Shown: piece by piece, positions 21,028-33,258 of the stretch
Layout: each line of letters begins with the position of its first letter
How positions within the stretch are numbered: the stretch's first letter is position 1
Assembly (NCBI RefSeq): GCF_964188315.1
Contig: NC_135669.1
Coordinates: 16,926,001-16,990,000, forward strand
DNA from: Podarcis muralis
Taxonomy: Eukaryota
Direction of reading: 5' to 3'
Length of the DNA stretch: 64,000 bases
The notes under the pieces: generated by a model
Databases searched by the model: none
Seen by the model: the letters and a program-made list of their open reading frames with translations, nothing else
Told to the model about the DNA's origin: nothing
Translations under genes and position numbers: made by a program

Positions 21028-23937
21028 TGGGTGAGGAACTGGCTGTGACCCACTGGAGCCCCCAATGCCCCTGAATGTTTGGGGCAGTGCTGGCGGCCAC
21101 ATTTCTATTACCCTCTCTGTCCATTGCTGCTAACAATCTCCATGCACTGTTGTGTGCCCAGACACGCACTCTCTCTGCTGAAATAAACGAACACCTCAGC
21201 AATACCTGCAAGTTGCTCTTTTGTCTCTTAATGCCTGGTCCACCTTGGAAGGGGAGGGGTGGGTGGGATGGAGGAATCTGATCCCAAATGAAAGTGTTTT
21301 TGAAGGGGAAAATGGCTGAATGGTGGGGATGGAGCTGAGCATCCCCCCACCCAGGGAGACTTTTATTGCAAAAGTGGCAAAAAGGATAAATTCACAGATG
21401 TGTGTTTTTTTTGGGAGGGAATCTGTTACACAAATAGGCTGCAACCTGATTGCTACCTGCCCCTCTGGGAATGCCTCCCCACTGCAGCACCACTGATTGA
21501 GTGTGATGCCAAGGAATGTTCACAAGCATTCAGTTGTTAGAGGGAAAGGTATCAGCCACCAAAGCAATGTCTGACACAGTGCAGGTTCTTTCAGCTGAAG
21601 TGAAATTTCACATTGGGTGGGAGAAAAAGCTTACATGGGACCTAGAGAGGGAGAGCCTATGTGCTTTCAGCAGAAACTGGGGTGGGGATGGTGCTCCCAC
21701 CAGCAATGGTGGGAGGGTGGGGAACTGGGGACCAGGAACTGGGTCCAGATGGCATCTATCCAAGAGTTTTTAAAGAAATGGGTGGATGGATGGGCAAAAG
21801 TATTAAAATGTCCCATGCTACAAGCAACATCTTTCAAGTAGCTCCTCTTGCTGTGATGTGCATTTGAACAGCAGGTTTAAGACTCCTCTCTGTTTTCAAA
21901 TAAGAATTTTGGCTTGCTAGTAGAAAAGGCAAAATTATCACTAGGTTTGCGTGTCCGCAGTTAATGACTCCATTTTAGCAAAGATTATCTGAGCTGGCTT
22001 GACAGGAGATGAGAGCAAAGCTTTGATCTAGCAGCATGGAAACCTTTGAGGAACCTTGCAAGGCACATAGCTTTGATCTAGCAAGATTGGAGTTTGCTAA
22101 TTACAGACCATGGGAAGGACAAAGTGGGGAGATGAAGTTTCAAAGCGCGAGGAGCTTTGGGGTGCTTCAGCCTTTAGTGTGATCTCTTGCAAGTTGATGA
22201 CATCCAGATGTTTGGGACTGCAGTTCCTATCAACACTCCCTCACCCCCAAGCCAACATGGAGTCTAAAAATGAGGGAGGGCACCAAGTTGTGGAAGGTTG
22301 CTTTAGTGAAAGGAGCTGGACCATGCAGAGCACTATAGATTCATATAATTGTACAGTTGCCAGTGACACCAAGGGTCATCTAGTCCAACCCCATAAAATG
22401 CAGGAATCTCAACTAAAACATCCCTGACAGATGATCATTCAACTTCTGCTTAAAAACCGCCAATGAATGAGAGCCGATCACCTTCTGAGGTAGTTTGTTC
22501 CACGGTCAAAAGGCTCTTACCATCACAAAGTTCTTCCTAATGTTTAGTTTGCAATCTTATTTCTTGTAGGTTGAATGTATTGGTTGAAACCACTTTTGGA
22601 AAGGTCAGAGGTCATCTTCGGGGAAGAAAATGTATCTTCCCTCCAGCACCAGGGAGTGCATTTCTGCCCAGGAAGACATGGGCTAGAGATTGCTGGTGGG
22701 GGTGAGTTGCATATGGAGAGGCCTCTCCTTTGGGGAGAATTGGGGGCTGGCTGGGCTGCCCTTTGATACCAGCTTGGGAGCAATGACTGCTTGGAACTTC
22801 CCCTGGCCACAAGCTGGTCTTGGCTGGCTCTGTGCACTCTGACCTCTTCTGAATATTCGCACAGAGGTTTTTGCTGGGAATAGCTCTGTGGTTATTGAGA
22901 GCCTTGGCCAGGGACGTGTTCTGAATGGCTGAAGATTGGGGGGGTGCACCCCAAACTCCCTACAGACATGGAAGAGGTGGGGGAGGGTTGCTGTCATTGG
23001 ATTGTTTTCTCTCAAAGCAGTTATTTCTCCCCACATGCCTGTCAATTTACAAATTTGGTGCCAGGGCAGCTCATGTGAACATTGAATTAGGGCTCACCCT
23101 CATCTCCCATTTGTCTCATGCCCAGAAAATTCAGGTCAGGTTAGTTTTCAGTGGGAACAAACAGCAATCCTGTGCTTTTTGACTGAGTGCTAAAGAGTGC
23201 TTTACCTTGGGGATAAGAGGACACTGGCGCCATCTCAGCAGGGCCATGGGTGCCCAAGTACCCACAAAATTTTCAGTGAGGGGGCCAGGGCCCCTCAATA
23301 TTCTATAGCCAGGCGGTCTCCGTTGGGCCCTTCCGCTGCAGTAGTGGGCTTCGACAGAGCCTGTCACAGCAGCGGATGGGCCCGATAGAGCCCATTGCAG
23401 TTACAGCAGGCCCCACTGGGCCTTTCAGAGGGCGCACCGGGGCTCCTCCCAGTGTGTGATGTCATATGCGGCATGCGTGACGTCACGCATGCATGCTGGG
23501 CGCCCACGATCTTGGGTGGAACCTGGCGGCCTGCAAAAGGGAGTATGGATAAGCCCTTTCTTTCCCTTGCTTGAGCCTTATTTGGTGCTGCTACTTTAGC
23601 CCAGCCATTGGTACAAGATGGAAATCCGGTTCTGAGGCTGCTTTCCATGCCTGCATGAACACACTACAGGTTTAAACTGGCTTAAGCAATGTTCCCTCTT
23701 CCTGGAGAACCCTGGGGGGAACTGCAGGGGATCTATAGCAATGTTCTCAGGGAAGAAGCCATGGCAGTCCAAAAATGGCATAAAACTGTAGTGTAGAAAA
23801 GTCATTTACTCAAAGTAAAGTTGAGAGAGAATGGCCTGAAAGATGCATTTTTGTGGTGGTCAGTGGAGAGAGGGTATCAGCTTTGGTTCTCAGCATCACC
23901 TTAACCTGCAGTAACTCTGCCCATCCTGCTCAGGGTA

Positions 23938-24385
23938 CCGTATTTTTCCGTATATAACACGCCCCCATGTGTAAGATGATCCCGATGATCCCCATTTTGG
24001 GGACTCCAAATTAAGAAAATGCCCAGAATTGTTAAGCTTTTTTTTGGGGGGGGGGGTTGCTCAGGGCTGTTGAGCTTTTTTTGGGGTGGGTTGCCTAAAA
24101 TTGCTCACCCGCCAGACAATCACACGTGCTGCCAAAGATGCCAATTATCTGCTTGCTAGCAGCCAGCAGCCGCAAATCACCCGCCCAATTGCCGCCGCCA
24201 CAGCCAATCAACAGCTGGCCTTGCCATAGCCACCAATCACTTGCCCACTCGCCACTGACAATCTCCTGCTCGTGGCTGCAAACAATCGCCCGTCCCCCTT
24301 CAGCACTATCCGTGTATAAGACGACCCCTAATTTTTAACTTTATTTTATAATAAAAAGCACTGTCTTATACACAGATAACTTGGG
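23938..24385. mobile_element. Tc2/pogo-like non-autonomous DNA transposon
   Basis: Begins TA|CCGTATTTTTCCGTATATAA and ends in the degenerate complement TTATACACAGATAACTTGGG|TA. Confidence 0.55.
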
Positions 24386-25048
24386 TAATTATTATTTAAT
24401 TTATGCCCTGCTTCATGTTTTGTAAGAAATCTCTTGTCGGTTTACATGCATCTCTTGCTAGAGGCCATGCTCACCCCTTCACAGTGCTGGGACCCTCCCT
24501 TGGAAAGAGTTGAGCTTGCTCCTTCAAAGCCATTTCCTGCCCAGTTGGACTGCAAACCACTGAGCCTCATTGGTAGCAACACAAACGAAAAAAGCCGCTC
24601 CAGCTTCACCTTCCTGCATCTCAACGCTCCCTTGGCCAGGGTGGCATTGCCTGGGATGCAGTTAGCCCCCACCCGCCACAGGGTTCACTCTCTCTGTTTT
24701 CCTTTCCTTGAACTCTCACCCAGTTTGGACTAATTGTCCCATGATGCTTTCCCCTGTGCTTGGGCCAGGAGTTGCAGAAGACTGAATAACTGGGATGGGG
24801 AGGCAAAGGCCACAGGAGATTCCTGCTTGCGCCCCAAGTATAGAGAGCTGGGTCGATCAAAAGAGACCCCCCTTATCTCAGAAGCCACCACCTCCCCCGA
24901 TCAAAGTAAGCCCTCTGTCCTCTGCTCACGACAGATGCAGACGTCATCTCTTTGTCAATGTCTTTCAACCTTCGTGTTGTGTTTACACGGAACGAGGGCC
25001 AGGCTGGCTGGCTCTGCAGCCGCGTGCAAGGCAGTGAATCCTTCCTGG

Positions 25049-25119
25049 TATATATAAAAGGTGCAGCAGCAGGGCATCTACAGGAGCCAACCACGAGGAG
25101 ACCAGTGCCCAGCATACAG
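25049..25119 (+). promoter_or_regulatory. APOA5: APOA5 TATA box (TATATAAA) and non-coding exon 1 ending at 25119
   Basis: TATATAAAAG at ~25051, donor CAG|GTAGG at 25119/25120, and acceptor TTGCAG| at 25410. Confidence 0.7.
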
Positions 25120-25425
25120 GTAGGAGGACACAGGGGGAATAATCCCACCATCTGAGCAAAATACCTGAAGGAATAAGGTAAGGCAAACGTGGTTACAATC
25201 TGGCATGTGAACTTTGGGTTCCAAGCAGACAAAGTACACCTTTCTGTTCAACCAATTCCTCTGTTTTTAAATTGAAATGAGGGATAATCATGCAGATGGA
25301 CTTACAGCCTGGAAGGAGCATCATCCATCCTCAGCCACGTCTAACGGTGGAGGAGATCCTTGCTTACTGCGGTTGCACAGCTAACATGTCCCTTTAATGC
25401 CTTGTTGCAGAATCCTCGCTTCATC

Positions 25426-25483
25426 ATGTGCATCAAAGCTGCCCTCCTAGCAGTGCTGCTGGCCACCTTTTCGGGTGAGGCTC

Positions 25484-25544
<61 letters not shown>

Positions 25545-28500
25545 CAACAATACAGGTGCATTTGGAGAGTGGGGAGGTTCTGGGTTGTGTTAGGGACGGC
25601 TCGGTGACCTCTGAGCATGTGTTTGTGAGCTATAGCCTTAACACAGTGCTTACAATGCTCTGCTTCTAGTCACAAGTCCAAATCAGCAGGGTGCCAAATA
25701 GATTCAGCTTCTGGACACCTGGGCGCAGAGGGGTGTCCCCCCCCCCCGGAGACCCCTCTAGCAGTGACATTAAAGAACAGGAACGACCCTGAGCTGCAGA
25801 GGTGACCTCTCTGGTTGCCTGCACTGTTGTGCAACATTCTCAGTATGAGAATCCAGCAATGTGAGAGAACTCTGTTGGTTGTAAGTGGGTTGGCTTTTCC
25901 ATAGACTGTCTACTTTTTGTCCTTTCCTCTTTGCCTCATCTGCACAGCTTCTCCAGCCAATCTTCAGCGGAGCCGCGTCTGGGACTACTTCAGCCAACTG
26001 ACTCACGACAAGGGCAGCACGGAGCAAGCCCAGCAGCTGAAAGGAGGGCAGGGGGTGAAGTGAGTCTGATTTGCTCTAAGCTTATCAGTACGATTGTGTA
26101 CTTTTTCATTTCAGACATTTATCGTCCACCTTTTCCTCTAAGGAGGTTCTCCCTTTTCCTATTTTTTTAATCCTCACAACAACCCTGTGAGGTAGGTGAG
26201 GCTGAGACAGTGACTGGCCCAGGGTCACCCAGTGAGCTTCATGGCTGAGTGGGGATTTGAACCCTGGTTTCCCAGGTCCTAGAGGCTGACACTCTAACCA
26301 TTACACCACACTGGCTATCACAGAACAAAGGACACAATTGGTGGGTTTTCCTATCCACCCCTCCATTCCCTGATTTGTAGGGGGAAGGGGTGGGAACCGT
26401 TGTGGGGAGAGATCATCTGACATATTGGCAGAAGAAAGCAAGTACAGACAACAGGATTAGCCCCTGATGAGGCATAAGAAAACTGTGCTGGGGACATTGA
26501 AATGGGGTCCTGCTTGTGGGTTTTCCAATGGGGCCTCTTGCCTGTCACTGTGAGAGCAGGATTCTAGACTAGATAGGCTTCCATTGGCCTGGCTCAGCAG
26601 CCAGGATCATCTAAAGTTTTTATTTTGAAAGATTATATCCTGCCTTTCCACTGTAACATCCTCTCAAGTGGCAGAAGGAACTGCGCATCTGCAGCCCACA
26701 GCTAGAAATGGTTCTGGGGTAAGAGGGAGGTGAGAGGGTTCACCAGCCCTTAATATTAACTAGTGAGGGGAAGGAGTCTCCCCTATTGACCACTGGTAGA
26801 GGCTTCCACTGTTGTTTGGGCTCCCAGGGGATGACGATGTTGATTGATTGATTAAAGGTAAAGGTAAAGGGACCCCTGACCATTAGGTCCAGTCGTGGCC
26901 AACTCTGGGGTTGTGGCGCTCATCTCGCTTCATTGGCCGAGGGAGTCAGCGTACAGCTTCTGGGTCATGTGGCCAGCATGACTAAGCCTCTTCTGGCGAA
27001 CCAGAGCAGCACACGGAAATGCCGTTTACCTTCCCACTGGAGTGGTACCTATTTATCTACTTGCACTTTTGACGTGCTTTCAAACTGCTAGGTTGGCAGG
27101 AGCAGGGACCGAGCAATGGGAGCTCATTGTGTCATGGGGATTCGAACCACCAACCTTCTGATCGGCAAGTCCTAGGCTCTGTGGTTTAACCCACAGCACC
27201 ACCCATGTCCTGATTGATTAATTGCCTTCTAAACCACCATCTCAAGATAAACACAAAAACAACAAATACATTTAAAACAAGACGAAAAACTGCTTGCTAA
27301 TACATAGCAATGTATTTATTTAATCTTTAATTTAACTGCTTGCCTGGATTCCGAGCAGCATCGAAGTAGAGTCCACCATCCCTTCATTCCATCCTTGCTC
27401 AGTGAAGTTGAAGCTGCCTATCATATACCGGTAATTGCTAGGAAGGATGCAGGAATAGGTAATGGCCACTAGGAGGCCTGGGTGTGGGAAGGTATCTTGC
27501 AGCCTCAATACGTGGAGATGCTGGAGACAGCATCACTGCTGATGTGGTTGGCCTAGGAGACAACTCCTAGGGACTGCGGGGGCTTTGGCCCCCACAATAA
27601 AATATTTAAGGGGGCTGGGTCACCACAAAGTTGATGGGCATTCCCATTCAATTATGCAGGGCGGGGCTTACCTCGACCCCCAAAATATTTTATTCAAGTT
27701 GGCACCCCTGGTATGTGGCCTGGAGGATCTGCAAAGGAGGACATATTTGGAACAGAGGCGGCTAGACAGTGACTTGGCGAGAGGGGATTGAAATGCAGTG
27801 TGGGTGGGGTTATTGTTTTTATTATGTATTTTGTCTTTTAATCCTGTATTTTTATGCTTTGAACTGCCCTGGGATCTGTGGGTGAAGGGTGGTATACAAA
27901 TTTAATAAATCAATCAAATGAAATAACCAGTGTTGTGCGGAACATATACAGTGGTACCTCGGTTCTCGAATGTCTCCACTGACGAACGTTTCGGAACTCA
28001 AACGCCGAAAACCCAGAAGTAAATGCTTCCATTTTCAAATGTACCTCGGAAGTCGGACGGCTTCCACTGTGTGTTTCTCAATTTCCTCAATGAAATTTGC
28101 AGACCACCTTTTTAGAACATTTTGGAACTTGGACAGTCTTCTGGAAAAGATTACTTTCGAGAACCGAGGTACCACCGTACTTGCATTCCTGTTTGTCTGT
28201 TTAATGAGATACAATAATTGAGATTGGTACGATCCTAATACAGTGGTACCTCTGGTTAAGAACCTAATTTGTTCTGGAGGTCCGTTCTTAACCTAAAACT
28301 ATTCTTAACCTGAGGTACCACTTTAGCTAATGGGGCCTCCCACTGCTGCTGTGTGATTTCTGTTCTCATCCTGAAGCAAAGTTCTTAACCTGAGGTACTA
28401 TTTCTGGGTTAGTGGAGTCTGTAACCTGAAGCGTCTGTAACCCGAGGTACCACTGTAATGGGCTCTCAGACTCAAGACTTTGTTTTCAGGTCTGTGTCCC

Positions 28501-29468
28501 CTCTGCAAATGTGTACATTCTCTCTTTTGTTCAGAAACATGAAGGAAAGTCTCCAAGATGGAGCCAACTACGTGGGACACGTCCTTGAGAAGTTGACCCC
28601 AGTACACAGGGGATTCCAACCCCAGTTCTACCAAGATGCCGATGGACTTCGGCAGATCATCCAGAGGGAGGTTGAAAGCCTCCGGAGGAAACTTTCTCCT
28701 TATATGGATGAGGCGCACCAAAAAATCAGCCAGAACTTAGAAGGTCTCCGCCTCCGCCTGACTCCCCTCACAGAGCAGCTGATGGAACAGGTCTCGCTAT
28801 GTGCAAGAGAATTGCACCAGCATTTCAGGCCCAACCTCAACGCAGAGGGTCTGTTGGTGGAAACTCCAGGTGCGGTCCAGAAGTTTACAGCCTCTTATGC
28901 TGAAAAGGCAGCTACCTTTATTGACCAGGTGAAGGAGATTTTCCTTCCATATGCTGACAGGTTGGCAACTGAGATCCACCGTACCATGGAAGAACTCCAC
29001 AAAAGCACAACACCTCACACTGCGGTTATGGGCCAGCAACTCAGGCAGTATCTACAAGAATTCTCCGGCAAGCTCACCCGCAATGTGAAGGTTCTCCATC
29101 TCCAAATTGAAAGGAACCTAGAGCAACTCAAGGTGCAGCTGAGCCTTCACCCCAACACCTGGGTTGCACATCCTTCCCACAGGAGCCAAGAAAACCACCA
29201 GCTGTCTGTGGACCTGGAAAATATGGCTCAGGAGGTTCAGGAGAGAATTGAGGAGTTCAGGAGAGATACAATCCTTCAGATAGACAACTTCACAAGGACC
29301 ACGGACAGGGAGATGGAAGAAATGAAGTCCAAGCTGTCTCCCACAACCTCATACTTGGAAGAGTTCCAGGAAAACTCCACGCCACTGGAAGACTTGCATG
29401 TCAGGCTAGACTCCCTGTGGAAGGATATTTTCCAGAGTCTCAATGAGCCGAGCAGCAGCTTATACTGA
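25426..29468 (+). CDS. APOA5: Apolipoprotein A-V, 364 aa; join(25426..25474,25948..26059,28535..29468)
   Basis: MCIKAALLAVLLATFSG|ASPANLQRSRVWDYFSQLTHDKGSTEQ...|NMKESLQDGANYVGHVLEKLTP.... The exon phases join in frame, and the gene lies between APOA4 and ZPR1. Confidence 0.93.
25484..25550. repeat. (AAT)n(AAC)n microsatellite at the start of APOA5 intron 2
   Basis: Seen directly. Confidence 0.95.
26172..26315 (-). mobile_element. tRNA-derived CORE/MIR-like SINE
   Basis: Reverse complement has an A box (GTGGTGTAATGGTTAGAG), a B box (GGTTCAAATCCC) and a core-like GTGACCCTGGGCCAGTCACT...CCTCACAGGGTTGTTGTGAGG. Confidence 0.55.
26853..27210 (-). mobile_element. Sauria SINE, TSD ~TGATTGATTAA
   Basis: Full-length copy with head, core and tail. 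Confidence 0.9.
27552..27710. mobile_element. hAT-like MITE (second copy inverted at ~46142-46286)
   Basis: Shared terminus CAGGGGTGCCAACTTGAATAAAATATT and internal ATGCCCATCAACTTTG. Confidence 0.55.
27949..28177. mobile_element. Tc1/mariner MITE, family 2
   Basis: TIRs CAGTGGTACCTCGGTTCTCGAA / TTCGAGAACCGAGGTACCACCG with TA TSD. A related copy lies at 41734-41951. Confidence 0.85.
28241..28455. mobile_element. Tc1/mariner MITE, family 1
   Basis: CAGTGGTACCTC TIRs and TA TSD. Confidence 0.9.
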
Positions 29469-29733
29469 AGTTTTGTGCCCAGGCAAATTAGGCAGTGGAG
29501 GCCTCCTTGAAATAACCTGCTTTAGGGGTGGGGGAGATCAAACCCTTCTGAGCAGTAGTGGTTTCCCTAGACTGCCACATCAGACTTTAATGGTTGGGAC
29601 CTATTTTGGGCACGTTGCTCCTTTTATTCTCCTTTTCAAAATTACAGGACCTTAGAATTATTGGATACAGCTAAGCTCAATACATCATGTCTTGCGGCAA
29701 ACAGTATTTTCTCCCCTCTCCTTTTCTCTATTA

Positions 29734-30079
29734 CAGTGGTGCCTCGCAAGACGAAAAGAATCCGTTCCGCAATTCTTTTCTTCTAGCGGTTTTTTCGTCT
29801 TGCGAAGCAACCCCATTGGCGGCTAAGCGGATTAGCGCTATTAGCGATTTAGCGCTATTAGCGGCTTAGCGGCTAAGCTGTTAAAAGGCTATTAACAGCT
29901 TAGCGGCTTTGAAAAAGGGGGGGGGGAGCGAAAAAAAATGGCGAAACTCGCAAGACGTTTTCGTCTTGCGAAGCAAGCCCATAGGGAACTTCGTCTTGTG
30001 AAGCGCCTCCGCGATGGAAAACCCTTTCGTCTTGCGGGTTTTTCGTCTTGCAAGGCATTCGTCTTGCGGGGCACCACTG
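29734..30079. mobile_element. Tc1/mariner MITE, family 3 (repeated TCTTGCG/CGCAAGA motifs)
   Basis: TIRs CAGTGGTGCCTCGCAAGACG / CGTCTTGCGGGGCACCACTG with TA TSD. A related copy lies at 61685-62038. Confidence 0.88.
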
Positions 30080-31952
30080 TATTTGGTAGGGGATAAACAT
30101 TAAAATAGGAGGTTACAGCCCTGAGAGCAGCGGTGTGGAACCTTCACCTTGCAGGCACACACATCCCAATTAGGTCCATGGCATTTTTGGGTCCAAACCA
30201 TGTCCACCTGTCCATCACCTGACAACTTATGATGTCAGCAGCAGTTCTGCCTTTCCAGACGCTGGTTGCAATTCAGTACTTTTTTTCACCTTGGTACCTT
30301 GCGGTGACAAAAAAAAAAAGAAAAGCACAATTGTGCCGAATTGCAACTTGAAAAGGAATCATTGGATGCCAGGGAGCTGAGGGGGGGGGGTTACTCACCT
30401 ATCAAAGGTGGCACATACCAGGTGAGTGCGTTTTGAATCAAGCCAGTGGGTCATCCAATTCGTCACCTATGCAGTTGAGTTTGCTGAAGGTTATGCTAGG
30501 ACAGGGTGGTCCAAAGTGTGGAGCTCGGCATCATTTGACACCCACCCAGCCTTCCCAAAGCCAGGTAAGTAAGGTGCTGGGCTTTGGGAAGGAGATGTGA
30601 GGGCTCTGACAGGGTCTTACAGTCCTCCTTCCCAAAGCCTAGTGAATGCTTCCCCAGCTTTGGGAAGGTGAGAGGGCTCTAGGACCCTCCCTGAGCCCTT
30701 ATGCCTCCTTCCCAAAATTTTAGCCTTCCTCTCTCCGGTGTGGCAAGACAGTGTGCGTCCCATGGGTTCTGTTTCAAAGTACACATGTGCTCCACTTGGT
30801 ACGAAAAATTGGACCTCCCTCTGTTAGGATGATTAAGACCAGGCTCCCATCTTAACTTTACTCATGTTTTAAGAATGTTAAGAGGCTGCTTCTGATATGG
30901 AGCACCTCCTTGGATCTCCTCTTAGCGGAACATTTTATTACCCCCCCCCCCCGCCCTGGCAATGTTGATAATTAAAAATCCTGCCACTGTTTTCCATTTG
31001 ATGTATCGTACTTTTATTATAGGTATACATATACTGTAGTAATGCTGTAAATATATATATTGTAATAATATGCATTCATGTTGTTCACCTCTTGGGGGGT
31101 CTCTGGCTAAAAAAAAAAGTGGCACAGTATATAAATAAACTGCACCCTAACATCCCATGTTTTATTCGTGAGATGCCAGACTCTCGTGTTCACTGTGCCT
31201 CCTCGGTGTAAATTTTACTCACTTCTGCATTCACTCTAAATGCACTCTAAATGGGTAGAGAAATGGCCACATCAAGAGAAGCACTGAAAACTGAAACCTC
31301 CAAAGGTTTATGTTCATCATGTGAGCACATGGTGGTGACTTTTCCTAAACATTTTTGCCCTGTTTAAAACAAGGTTCAACCAGCTCCCGTGACACCCAAC
31401 TTTTAGCTACTGTGCTCAGTAGGAGACAGAAAGACTGAAAGATAACCATGAATGAAACTACTACCATTTGCCACTTCTGGTGCTCCATTTATGTAAATAC
31501 ATAATTTCTCCTGCACTGTTTCTTCTCTTAGATGTTAGCACAACCACTATGCCTATGGAACAGGTAATACAGAAATGGCTGTGGAATCCTCAGCTCCAGT
31601 TTGCACATCCAATTTATGACTGTGGTCTAATGCAAAAATTCAGTGGCCAGGTTGCTTACCTGAACATATAATGCCAATCTTGGTCCAAGTGCACTGGCTC
31701 CAATCAGTTTCTGGCCAATCTGAAGTGCTGGTTTTGGACATATAAAACCTCAAATGGCTCAGGACCGCAATACATCCAGGACCGCCTCTCCTCATATGCA
31801 CACCGCATCCATCATTTGAAGCCCTTCTTCCTGTGTCCCCTCCATGAGAGGTCCAGAGAGCAGCAACACGGGAATGGGCCTTTTCTGTGGTGGCTCCCTA
31901 CTTGTGGAATGTTCTCTCCATGGAGGCTTGCCTGGTGCCTTCATTACATATC

Positions 31953-31997
<45 letters not shown>

Positions 31998-33258
31998 TTA
32001 TTTGTATCCCACTCTCCCCAGCTGGGATCAGAGTGGCTAACATCATAAAAACAACACAATATGCATAAAACAGCCATCAATTAATTAAAATACATCTTAA
32101 AATTAATTCAGACAAATTAAAATCTGGGCAGGTGGCAATTATCAGGTTTGGAGTTGAGAGTGGTTAATACCGTACTTGCCAGGACCAACTGTTTCCACTG
32201 ATCATACAAGGAGCTGTGAGCAGGTTGGGGGTCTCCTTCAGGCTTGTTTTATACAAAGGAAAGTAAGTCAAACTGCATCTTGCCCAAAGGCCAGGCAAAA
32301 ACATTCCTTTTCTCTGAGGCCTTTGGCTAATTAAACAATCTGGCCTTTTAAACAGCGTAGGGGGAGTGTTATTGCTTCTTGTATTTTTGTAATATGTATT
32401 TTTGTGATCCTTGGATGAAAGGTGGTATAGAAATTTAATTTTTTAAAAATGAAAACATGGACTAAAATTGCAGAACAACTGAACTTCTAGGTTTCAATTG
32501 CCTCCCAATAGTTGCAAAACTAAGCACAAAATATTTACCAAGCTCTGCTTTGGTTGCCACAAAGTAGTTTTGCACCACTTATTTGCCAATCTCCCTCCAC
32601 CCCCGCTGACTGTGTATATATGTGTGTACGTGTCTGATCAGTATGTATCTGTGAACAAAGCATTGCCGCTACACTTTCTGCATCAAACTTCGCTTCCTTG
32701 TCCTGCAATGTAAATGGCTTTTTGACTGTCTGTAATAAAGTAACATTTCCACTGGCCCTGCCTCTTGTTTTGTCGGAATCTGCAGTGGTCTACCACGGTG
32801 CAAAGGGAGGGCTGAAAACTCTGGTCCAGGCATTAAAGCAGAGACCCACCCCATCCATGTGCACACACACACCTCCAACTGGAAGAGCTTGGTTCCTGGA
32901 TCAGGCCAAGGTGGACCTGTCTAGCCAAGCACTCAGGTTCCCACCCACACTGGACACGCACAACCCTTTAGAATGCCTGCAAGCAGCTCCTCCCCAGCAA
33001 CTGGTATCCAGAGGTAGACTTCTCCTGGCTCTGGAGGTTCTATTGAGGCCTCTCATTTCCCAGCGGCTTGCAGCCTGCCCAGGCTCACCCTGGCAAGGGC
33101 TCGACTTGTTTCCCCACCCGGCCAAGTGGTTCCTGGTGGTGCCTCTGCCACCGGACTGGGAGGGGAACGCTTCCCTTTCTGAGGTCTAACCGCCAGCAGG
33201 AGGATCTAGCAGCCTGGCTTTCCAGTATGCCCACGTGGACAGAAATTCCATCCCAGGG

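Noticed and set aside
30560-30730. Short inverted GCTTTGGGAAGG / CCTTCCCAAAG repeats
   Set aside because: Probably a decayed MITE; I could not define its termini or a TSD.
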